Source of the DNA: Candidatus Obscuribacterales bacterium
GTDB lineage: Bacteria; Cyanobacteriota; Vampirovibrionia; Obscuribacterales; Obscuribacteraceae
Direction: 5' to 3'
Length of the DNA: 64,000 bases
Assembly (NCBI GenBank): GCA_965228855.1
Contig: CBDDIJ010000005.1
Location: 640,001-704,000 of the forward strand
Below the pieces are notes generated by a model that was given only the letters and a program-made list of their open reading frames with translations, searched no databases and was not told where the DNA came from. Of this stretch, positions 9,915 to 20,000 are shown one piece after another; positions within the stretch are counted from its first letter, which is position 1, and each line of letters starts with the position of its first letter. The position numbers and the translations under genes were made by a program.

Positions 9915-10054
9915 CCCGTCAGGGCATCGAGACATCTCTTGACTATTTTTGTCCAAAAACCGCATGGGACGACACCTTTTCGGTTTAATCACCGCCGTCA
10001 TGAAACTGTGCTAATTTAAATCCTTCATGATTTCGAATTTGCGACGGTGAGAAG

Positions 10055-10675
10055 ATGGATTCCAACGAAAAGAAAGATTGGACAAAGAAGAGTGTCAGCC
10101 GCAGGACCTTTTTAACGCACATGGGGCTCGCCGGCGCTGCAGCCGCAGCTGGAAATCTTCCTGCAAAAGCAGAAGAGGAAGGAGAACCGGAGAAAGCGTC
10201 TGTGATACCGGGAGCGATACCATTAAGTTTCGTAGTCAACAAACAGCGTCAAGATTTGAAAGTCGATCCCCGAACTACTCTGCTCGATTGCCTGCGTGAG
10301 AACCTGAATATAACGGGAACAAAAAAAGGTTGTGATCATGGTCAATGTGGCGCCTGCACAGTGCACCTTGACGGACGCCGCATCAATTCGTGCCTGACTC
10401 TGGCGATTATGTGCCAGGGCCAGGAGGTCACCACTATCGACGGACTCGGGACCCCTGAGAAGCTTCATCCCATGCAAAAGGCATTCGTGGACTGCGATGC
10501 TTACCAATGCGGTTACTGCACTTCCGGTCAAATTATGTCCGCAACCGCGCTCTTGAAAGAGGGCTGTGGAAAATCAGACGCCGATATTAGAGAAGCTATG
10601 AGCGGAAACATCTGCAGGTGCGGCGCATATCAAAATATTCTGGCAGCGATTAAACAAGTTCGTGACGCTGGTTAG
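10055..10675 (+). CDS. paoA: Aldehyde oxidoreductase 2Fe-2S subunit (PaoA/YagT-like) with Tat signal
   Basis: SRRTFL twin-arginine signal; GCDHGQCGACTV, QCGYC, GNICRCG motifs. Confidence 0.93.
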   Translation: MDSNEKKDWTKKSVSRRTFLTHMGLAGAAAAAGNLPAKAEEEGEPEKASVIPGAIPLSFVVNKQRQDLKVDPRTTLLDCLRENLNITGTKKGCDHGQCGACTVHLDGRRINSCLTLAIMCQGQEVTTIDGLGTPEKLHPMQKAFVDCDAYQCGYCTSGQIMSATALLKEGCGKSDADIREAMSGNICRCGAYQNILAAIKQVRDAG

Positions 10676-10692
10676 ATTGGGAGCTATTTACT

Positions 10693-11694
10693 TTGAAAAC
10701 CTTTGATTACGCAAAACCCAATAACTTGAGCAGCGCACTCAAGGACGCGCCAACCTCCGATAAGTTAGATGTTCCAAACTTCAGGTTCATCGCCGGCGGT
10801 ACCACTCTGGTTGACCTTATGAAGTTAAACGTTGAAGTACCGTCAACTTTGATGGACATTACAGGACTTCCCCTGGACAAGATTGAAACGACCAAGCAGG
10901 GCGGTCTCAAGATCGGTGCCCTGGTGCGCAACTCAGACTTAGCCAATCACCCCTATGTGAAAACGCACTATTCCGCCCTGTCGGAGGCAATCCTTGCCGG
11001 AGCCTCCACGCAGCTGCGTAATCGTGCCACCACTGGTGGTAACCTACTTCAGCGGACGAGATGTTCCTACTTCAGAGATCCGGCATATGCTTGCAACAAG
11101 CGCGAGCCGGGTTCAGGCTGTCCCGCAATCGAGGGTGAGCATAGAAATCTTGCCATTATGGGAACGAGTGAGCACTGCGTGGCAAGCAACCCATCAGATA
11201 TGAACGTTGCGCTTATGGCACTTGACGCAAAAATTGAAATCGAGAGTAAATCAGGAAAGCGCGTCGTTGCAATTACCGAGTTCTACAAAGAGCCCGGAGA
11301 GACACCACATATTGAAACGGTTTTGCAACCGGGGGAGCTCATAACTTATGTGCACATCGAGCCGCTTCCGGCTGGAACAATTTCACAGTATTTGAAACTG
11401 CGAGATCGAGCATCATATGAATTCGCACTCGCATCCGCAGCTGTTTTTGTTCAAATGAACGGCAACAAAATCAATTTCTTGAGGGTCGCGATGGGCGGCA
11501 TTGGAACAAAACCCTGGAGAGCCGGAGAAGTTGAGAAGGCACTAGAAGGCAAAAATGCAGATACCGGCGCTTTCGCTGCAGCCACAGAGAAGCTGCTTAG
11601 CAGCGCGAAACCGCTCAGAGACAACAAATTCAAAGTCGAATTAGCGAAACGTTGCCTCATCCATTCCTTAAACACAGCGACGTCTCAAGCATAA
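10693..11694 (+). CDS. paoB: Aldehyde oxidoreductase FAD subunit (PaoB/YagS-like)
   Basis: AGGTTLVDLMK, GGNLLQRTRC..CNKR..GC Cys insert, KLRDRASYEFA. Confidence 0.93.
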   Translation: MKTFDYAKPNNLSSALKDAPTSDKLDVPNFRFIAGGTTLVDLMKLNVEVPSTLMDITGLPLDKIETTKQGGLKIGALVRNSDLANHPYVKTHYSALSEAILAGASTQLRNRATTGGNLLQRTRCSYFRDPAYACNKREPGSGCPAIEGEHRNLAIMGTSEHCVASNPSDMNVALMALDAKIEIESKSGKRVVAITEFYKEPGETPHIETVLQPGELITYVHIEPLPAGTISQYLKLRDRASYEFALASAAVFVQMNGNKINFLRVAMGGIGTKPWRAGEVEKALEGKNADTGAFAAATEKLLSSAKPLRDNKFKVELAKRCLIHSLNTATSQA

Positions 11695-11706
11695 GGTAAA
11701 ATCGAC

Positions 11707-13941
11707 GTGAGTATCGAAACTGAAAAAGATATCAAAACAGTAGTAGGCAAACCGACCAATCGCATTGACGGACCGCTCAAGGTTACCGGCGCCGCAAAGT
11801 ACGCCTCGGACCATCAATTTCCGGGAATGGTCTACGCGGTCGCAGTGGGTGCCACCATATCCAATGGCACAATCAAATCCATTGATACATCACGCGCTCA
11901 AAAAATGCCCGGAGTAATCGCGATTTATCATAAGGAGAATTTACCTAAGATCTATCGCATCGCACCGTTAAAAGACGTCCAGCTCATCACAGACGAAGCG
12001 CGCCCGGCGCTATCGGATAATGTGATCCGCTATTACGGTCAGTACGTCGCGGTGGCCGTCGCCCAGACCTACGAACAAGCCGTTGCTGCGGCAGACGCAG
12101 TAGTGGTGTCTTACGATGCAAAAACACCAAGCGTCGATTCAAATTTGCTTGCCGATGGCAAATTCAAAGTCGAACACGAGCGGGGTGATGCTGACGCTGC
12201 ATACAAATCGGCCAAACACAAATTCGACGAAACCTACAGGCAGAAAGCTGAATTTCACTCAGCTATTGAATTACATGCATCGATCGCTACATTCGACGGA
12301 ACTAATTTCACACTTTACGAAACGACTCAGGCCGTAGTTAATTTTAGAAACGTGCTGGCACAATACCTCGGAGTCGAACAGGATAACGTTCGCGTCGTTA
12401 CGAAATTCCTTGGCTCCGGATTTGGTGGCAAGCTGTGGCCGTGGTCGCAAAGCGCATTGGCAGCCACAATTGCGCGCGAGCTGAGAAAACCGGTTAAGTT
12501 AGTTCTGTCGCGCAAACAAGTTTTTCATGCCGCCGGTCATCGTCCTGCGATCGAACAGCGCATTCGTCTGAGTGCGGATGACAACGGTCGACTGTCTTCG
12601 CTTCAACACGACTTCGCAAACCATGACTCCATTCTCGACGAATACAAAGAAGGTTGCGGCGAAGCTACAAAATACTTCTATAGCTGTCCCAACGTTGTGA
12701 TTCGTTCGGCAATAGTGAAGAGAAATGTTGGAAATCCAACGTCCATGCGTGGACCTGGAGCCGTTCCCGGACTCTGGGCGACCGAGTCGGCGCTTGACGA
12801 ACTGGCAGTTAAGTTAAACATGGACCCGATTGAACTTCGCAGAATAAATGAACCGAAGCATGACGAAGGGTTAGACATTCCTTTTGCAACGCGGGAGTTA
12901 TTAGAGTGTTATAGAATCGGCGCCGAAAAATTCGGATGGAAAGACAGAAATGCGACCGTCGGATCAATGAAAAAGGACGGGCTAGTACTTGGGTGGGGAA
13001 CAGCCGGCGCAGGCTGGATTGCAGAACGAGTTCCAGCGGAGGTGACGGTTGAACTGATAGATGATGGCTCGATCAAAGTTGCCTGCGGAACGCAAGATAT
13101 TGGAACAGGAACCTACACTGTTTTTGGCCAGATGGCTGCAGAAGAGCTGCGCGTTCCACTCGACAGAATAGATGTGGTGATTGGAGACTCCGCACTTCCT
13201 CCCGGTCCATTCTCCGGCGGCTCAATGGCAACAGGTTCGCTCGTACCTGCGCTCTGCGAAGCAGCAAAGAAAGCAACGCAATCACTGCTGGCAGCAGCTT
13301 CGCAAGCACAAGAATCCCCGTTCAAGGATGTTGACGTAAAAGAGCTTGAGTTTAATAACGGCAAAATTTACAGAAGGAACGGTTCCGAATCCGACGGGAT
13401 CGACTTCCAAAAGCTAATGCAACAAGCGGGCTTCAAGCTCATCTCAGGGAAGGGCAAGTCAGCCGGCACTTTCGGTAATAAAGAAGACGCAAAAGTGTCG
13501 AGACACGCATACGGTGCTCAATTTGTTGAAGTAACCTGGCAAAGAGAGACAGCCAGACTGCGCGTATCGAGAGTAGTTTCCGTGATCGATAGCGGACGAA
13601 TCATCAACCCTAAATCCGCTCGCAATCAAATTGAGGGAGCAATCGTGATGGGAATCGGCATGGCGCTCTTCGAAGGAGGGCACTATGAGCCGATGAAAGG
13701 CGCTCCACTCAACAGTAACTTCGCCGAATATATTCTGCCGGTCCACGCGGACATGCCGCACATTGACGTGCACTTTTTGGAAACGCCCAACAAGGAATTA
13801 AACAGCTACGGTGCAAAAGGAGTCGGAGAGATCGGTTTGGCAGGCATCGCTCCAGCAATTGCAAATGCGGTCTACCATGCCACCGGAATACGAGTCCGCG
13901 ATTTGCCGATTCGCATTGAAGATTTGCTGACAAGCAATTGA
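11707..13941 (+). CDS. paoC: Aldehyde oxidoreductase molybdopterin subunit (PaoC/YagR-like)
   Basis: RIDGPLKVTGAAKY, GSGFGGK, MRGPG, QDIGTGTYT, GAKGVGEIG motifs of the xanthine oxidase family. Confidence 0.93.
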   Translation: MSIETEKDIKTVVGKPTNRIDGPLKVTGAAKYASDHQFPGMVYAVAVGATISNGTIKSIDTSRAQKMPGVIAIYHKENLPKIYRIAPLKDVQLITDEARPALSDNVIRYYGQYVAVAVAQTYEQAVAAADAVVVSYDAKTPSVDSNLLADGKFKVEHERGDADAAYKSAKHKFDETYRQKAEFHSAIELHASIATFDGTNFTLYETTQAVVNFRNVLAQYLGVEQDNVRVVTKFLGSGFGGKLWPWSQSALAATIARELRKPVKLVLSRKQVFHAAGHRPAIEQRIRLSADDNGRLSSLQHDFANHDSILDEYKEGCGEATKYFYSCPNVVIRSAIVKRNVGNPTSMRGPGAVPGLWATESALDELAVKLNMDPIELRRINEPKHDEGLDIPFATRELLECYRIGAEKFGWKDRNATVGSMKKDGLVLGWGTAGAGWIAERVPAEVTVELIDDGSIKVACGTQDIGTGTYTVFGQMAAEELRVPLDRIDVVIGDSALPPGPFSGGSMATGSLVPALCEAAKKATQSLLAAASQAQESPFKDVDVKELEFNNGKIYRRNGSESDGIDFQKLMQQAGFKLISGKGKSAGTFGNKEDAKVSRHAYGAQFVEVTWQRETARLRVSRVVSVIDSGRIINPKSARNQIEGAIVMGIGMALFEGGHYEPMKGAPLNSNFAEYILPVHADMPHIDVHFLETPNKELNSYGAKGVGEIGLAGIAPAIANAVYHATGIRVRDLPIRIEDLLTSN

Positions 13942-13977
13942 AGCTAAGAGCGTCAACAAAAATAGCTTTGAAGAAAG

Positions 13978-14001
13978 AGGCGCGGACCGTAATCCGCGCC
14001 T
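13978..14001. terminator. Probable bidirectional intrinsic terminator between paoC and the giant-gene array
   Basis: AGGCGCGGA-ccgtaa-TCCGCGCCT perfect 9-bp stem; T-rich on the right, A-rich on the left; between convergent genes. Confidence 0.8.
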
Positions 14002-14047
14002 TTCGTTTACTTTATTTCGAAACGCCGGGATGTTTCTCCCGCCCTTC

Positions 14048-17000
14048 CTACCATTGGAGGGCTACGGTTCTCGGCTTTGTGTGCAGTTCGTAGGCAGGAC
14101 CGTTTGAAGTCATCTGCATGATCACTGCAGTTGTTTTCAGAACGCCGGCGCGAACCTTCCGCGCTTCGCGGTGCTGCGATTGCACGATTGCGGCCAGCGG
14201 TTTGATCGCCTGAATGGCAGACGGAACGGAGAATTCACTGGTGAATGCTTTGTGCCCGTTGCCCAGATCATGGTGAGCCAAACCGCGGTGCATGACGGCT
14301 TCCACCGGATTGATTTCCGCGAACTGTTGGACGCTCGAATGCGTGACGATCGCATGCTTTCCAGGTGAGAGCGGAATGCTTCTGCCGCCGGCTTCGATCA
14401 CGACGCTGCGTTTGTGCTGATCATTAACGTCGTAAACCGATAAGTGATTTTGATCGACAACGACCATCGCCACTGAATCAGCAGCAATCTTAACTCGTCC
14501 CTTGGGTGTCACAACCGTGGTATCGGTTTTCGGCACAAAGAGAACGCTACCACTATCCATCGTGACGCACTGATTGTGCGAAACCTTGCTCAGAGAGCTC
14601 ATCAGGCTGTCACCGGATAGCTCGAGGTCGCTGCAGAGTTTGGCATCGACTATCGTAGCCGTCGGTTCCGAAGTCGACATATAGGAATCATCATGGCCGG
14701 GACCACCCGAAGGCACCGTCGCCAGGGTGACACCGCTAGCGGTGCTGGTCAATGAGGCAAGGCTATCTCCGCCGCTGAACGTTCCGGTGGCATTATTCAA
14801 CGAGATCAATTGCATCGCTCGCATCTCATTATTCACTGAGAAAGTCGCGACTGGATTCGTGATTGCGATCGGCGACATCGTCACCGAACCATCCAGTGAA
14901 TTCGTGGACAGGTCGTTAAGGGCATTGAGCGTACCGGCTGCGGAACCGGCATTGCCGAAGGTCCGGATTGTCATCGGTGTTCCTTCTGCTACCGGCGGAT
15001 CTGCAGTGATGATGTTATTGCCTTCGAAGACTATTGATTTCGGATTGAAGGTACTGACGTAAACATCAGCGCCCTGTGCGGTGAACACAATACCTCCGGA
15101 AACGGCTTGAGCCTTCTTGCCGCCGAAGAGAACGCTACCGCCGTTTTCAACGATGGTCACGAACTTCTTAGGTGTAGGCGTCTTACGACCTGGTGACTGT
15201 GGTGCGCCGAGTACGATGTTGATGTTTCCGAGACCTGGAGTCTTGGCGTTGGTGAGAACTGAAGAACCATTTCCGAAAACGATGCTATCGCGTTTCTTCG
15301 TTGAACCAAGCATCGTGATGTCGATCTGGTCGTGAGCCAAGATTGTGATGCCATCTGCGATGTCGAGAGTGTCTTGAGTCGCGGTGACAGCGAAGGCACC
15401 ACCAGTCGAGGTGATGTTCTGGGTCAGATTCAAACCACCGTTTGCTGTCAGATTGATGTCACCAGCTGCAGTGATGGCAACGAAGTTCACACCGGCAGTC
15501 GATGCGCTGGAGACAAAGAATCCATTACCCGCCGAGCCACCGATTGAAGAAACATTCGCCGCTACAAGGAATGGATTATTGGCGTCCGTTCCAACATTTC
15601 CACTGACCGAGTTCAACAACAAAGTCGGTGTATTCAGCGTTCCGGTGATGTTGGTCAGGTCACCGTCCGTGGTGAGTGAAACGCTGGTAGTTCCATTAAT
15701 CGTGCTGGTCAGGTCGAACGCTCCACCGGTGGCTAATGCGACAACCTGAGCGCTGTAGTCACCTCCGGAGACGAGATCGCCTGCGGTCGAAACATCAAGA
15801 GTGTTTGTCGCGCTGCTGGCGTTCAAAGTCGAGGCTAATGTGTTGGTGTTGTTCACAAACACATTTTGACCTTCGACCTGGAAAGTGTTCGCGTTGATTT
15901 GCAGTCTGTTCGCGGCATCGACGCCGAGTGACGCGTTGGTATCGAGAACCACGATATCGCCGTTTATGACACCTGCACCGGAGCTGGTCACACCGTCGTC
16001 TGCAAAGACATTACTCGTACCGGTTGCGCCAATCGAGTTACTGACAGCTACAGTTCCATCAGCGACATTAATAGACAACGTACCAACAGTGAAGTCAGAA
16101 TCAGTTGTCACAGCGCCACTGGTGACGTTGACATTCAATACATCCACGCCTTGCGAGCTGAGGATCAAGTCGTTAGCTTCGTTGATAGTCAGGGTCACGG
16201 CGTTGGCGGTGGTGGACAGGCGGTCGACGTTCGTGCTCAGGGTCACCGGACCGGTGGCGAAATCGAGGAAGAGCGTTCCGCCCTGTAGGGTGCCTGCAGT
16301 CTGCGTGATTGTTCCAGCCGAGCTGAGCTCAACATAGTTGCTACCTCCGACGCTGGCGTTGAGAACGATATCGCCGGCGGTGGTCGTCAATTCGACAATG
16401 CCTATGTTGAAAGCGCTCGTCGCCACAAGCGAGCCACCTGAGCTCACAACCAGGGACAAGTCCGAGCCAGTTATTGCGCCAAGGTTGAGGGCGTCAACAT
16501 CAGATACATCGACGGTACCCAGTCCACTGCTAGAGGCGTTGAGAGTAGCGACAGCCGTGCTGCCGAGAGTCGCCACGCCGTCGCCGACATTGACAGTCAG
16601 ATTGTTGGCGCTTATCAGTCCTGGAGTCTGGCTGATCACATCGGTCGCTCCCAGCGCACCTGTGAGCACGACATTAGCCAGTCCGGCGTCAATCGTGGTG
16701 ACAATCAAGTCGCCAGCAGTCTGGGCGCCGACTCCGAAACTACCAGAGAGCAATACGCCATTCTGGACAGTGATTGGTCCTCCTACGATTGTCGGAGTCG
16801 CGACCGCCATGTTGACGTTTCCACTGGCGGTTCCACCGACAGTATTGATGGAGCCGACGGTGATCCCGCCCGGTCCGGTGATGTTGACATTGCCACCATT
16901 CACTGCGCCCGTGGTGTTGATCGTGTGAAGCACGATAGAGCCATCGTTCAGCGTGCCTGCGTTGGCGACAGCAGTGAAATTACCGCCGCTGCCAGCCCCG

Positions 17001-20000
17001 CCGTTCAGATTGATGGTGACGTTGGTCAAGTCGATTGAACCACCGTTGGCATTCACTCCGGTTATCGTGAACAAGCCGGGGCTCTGGATCTGACCTGCAG
17101 TCGCCGGTGTGAAATCATAGCCCGCCATGAGCGTGAGTGAGCCACTTCCAGTTGGTCCTGAGAGGTTGATAGAGGTGGAGCCGGTCGTCGTGATATTTCC
17201 GGCAGCTAGAATTGCCAGGTTCTGACCGACGAATACCAAATCTGACGGAAGAAGTACATCTCCGTTGCTATTAGCAATAGTGCCATTGTTACTGCAAACT
17301 ATTACGAGCGGATTACCTGTGATAATGCCGTCGAAAGTCAGGTCGCAAGCATTAATGGTAGTTCTGTTCACACCAGTCACAACTGCACCGGCATTCACGA
17401 TGAAATTGTCTGGTTCCGCACCGACAGTAAATGCAGCCTCACCGGTTCCGTTCAACAATATGTTTCCGGAGAGATTGATACCGGCTGCCGAGAGGACAGT
17501 GAAACCATTGGCAGTCGTGTAGGTGCCGCCGGTCATCGACAGCGCGCCGGCAGTGTTGAAGACGTTAATCTGATCGAAGTTGGCGCCGACAAGACTGGTC
17601 AGATTGCTAGTACCGAGACTCAACGTGCCAGTACCCGAAACGGCTCCATTCAAAAGTATGCTGCCACCGTTAGTGGTGTCGAGCGTGAAGAAGTCGTTTC
17701 CGGCGGTGGCCTGAACGACAACGGTTGAAGTTCCGGCGTAAACGATCGAGACATCACCTCCACCTGTGGCGTTCGCAGTCAGAGAGAGAGGATTGGCGCC
17801 ATTAGTGACGATGAGCTCATTGCCAGATCCACCGATGCCGCCGGAAGCGGCCGTCACTGCCAGGTCTCCCGCCGTCAGAGTTCCAGAAGTTTGTTGGATG
17901 AAACCGCTTCCACCAGACGTGTCAATCGTCAGCAAAATAGCAGCATCGATGTCGGCGTCGATTGTCACATTTCCACCAGCGTTTACGATATTGACAAACG
18001 AGGCATCAATTGCTCCGGAGATTAGAACGTCTCCAGAAGCGATTTGAGATGCATTGAGAGCAAATGTTCCGACATCCGCTGATGTGACGTCGATACCATC
18101 GCGCTCATTGATAGTCAGTATCTGTGTACTGCCTCCGGTAGCAGTCACTGAGTCGACATCTGTTACGAGCGTCACTGGACCGGTCACGAAATCAACGTTC
18201 AGAGCGCCACCGATGACGGTGCCGGACGTTTGAGTCAGACCCGCACCGGAGACCAACGTCACAGAGTTGGTGCCCGTCACATTCGCATCGAGAGTGAGGC
18301 CGGTAGCACCATCAAGACGAACATCCGCGCCGGTCACTGCGATGTCCACCACGAGACTGAGATTCGAGCTCGCAATGAAGGTATCCGTAGCCGCAGCGAT
18401 TGTCTGTAAGTTCAACGCCGAGGTACTGGTGAAATAGACGGATCCGCCTGCACTGAGTGATGCGGTTGAAGCGTTCACCAACAGATAATCGGTAGATTCG
18501 CCGATCGAACCGAGCGCAGATGTGAGGTACAAGTCAGGCGAGTTCAATCCACCCGTGATATCAGCGTTGACGATGTCGTTCTGCGCATCCAACCGAATCT
18601 GGGTCGTAGCTGTCACAGCACCGTCAAGGTCGAACTTGTCCCCTGATTGCAGACGGACAGCGTTACCGGAGATGGCTCCGGTGCTTGTCAGAACACCGCC
18701 CGCGATGGCTTGGAAAACTTCTCCTACTGCGTTTGAAGCTGCCGAGCCACCAGGACCGAAATTCATAGCATTTGCATCTTGAACGAAGACAGAACCAGTC
18801 GTGGCGTTCGCTGTTATGTTGTCGACATCGACCTGTAGGAAATCGAGACCAACACCGATGTCGCCTCCAGTGGAGGTCAAATTGAGTTGCACGACTGGGA
18901 TGCCGGCTCCTGAATCCAGACCTCCGACTATGTTAGCGTTCAAGATCGAGCCTGCCGACGAGAGCGTGATGCTGCTGGTTCCTCTGGTCAATCCACTGAG
19001 AACCAGGTTGCCAGTAGTTGCGGTCAGAGATACGTAAGCAGCAGAGACGGTACCGGACGAGGTCAGGTCGTTCACTGCGGTCACGTTGAAAGTACCAACC
19101 GCTGACGAAGCCGCCAGATCAACCGAATTAGAGTCGCTGACGAACGCATCTCCGACAGATTGAATCGACAGGACAGCAGTATCCACCAAAACACTATTGC
19201 CGGAAACACCGATGGGACCAACGGTAGTGACAAGATTAATCCGTGGAGAGACGATGTTGTTCATTCCGTCGGCAGCTACGATTCCGTTATCAGAAGATAC
19301 TGTGACACTTGTCGTACCGGTCACAGCAGCATTTATCTGAACATATTGAGATGATCCGGCTATAGCTGTGAAGTCGACGTCAGAAGCATTTACTGTCGAA
19401 TCGACGGTGATCAATCCGTTCGCATGTAGACTGAAGACTCCCTGAGCGGAGGAGGCACCACCAACAGTGACAGCGCCGGCGTTCTCAACCCAGACGTTAC
19501 CGAGTGCAGCATTCAAAGTCACTGTTGTGACGTTTAAAGAAAGCGGATCTAGAGCAGTTCCGATATCACCGTTGGTCGATGTAGCAACTAAGGTCGGCGT
19601 GATCAGCTGACCGAGACCCACGCCATTGAGAATGTCGTCACCGGAAGTGAGCGTAATGCTGGTAGTGCCGCTTATCGCATTATTGAAAGTGAAACCGCCT
19701 GCCGTGGCTGTCAGGCTAACTGTCGCAGCATCGATAGTGCCATCATTAGAGATGTTCACGGGCGCTGAGGCTGTAAACGAAGTTGCCGTGGAGGCTCCAG
19801 GTCCGATGTTCATAGAGCCCGTGGTGTCGGTCAGCACAACTGTCGTAGCCGATGCACTCACGTTTTGGAAATCAGCGGTGACATCTATAGTCGCGCCGGC
19901 ATTGGTGGCGTTAAGGACAATAGTTGGTGCCGATAGCGGGTTGGCGAAGTTGGCCGTCAGGATATCATTGAACGAAATCAACTCAATTCTGGAACCGATC

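Noticed and set aside
14048..14695. Classical autotransporter beta-barrel
   Set aside because: Domain is short, His/Lys-rich and has a helical-looking end; no run of amphipathic aromatic strands despite the terminal Trp.
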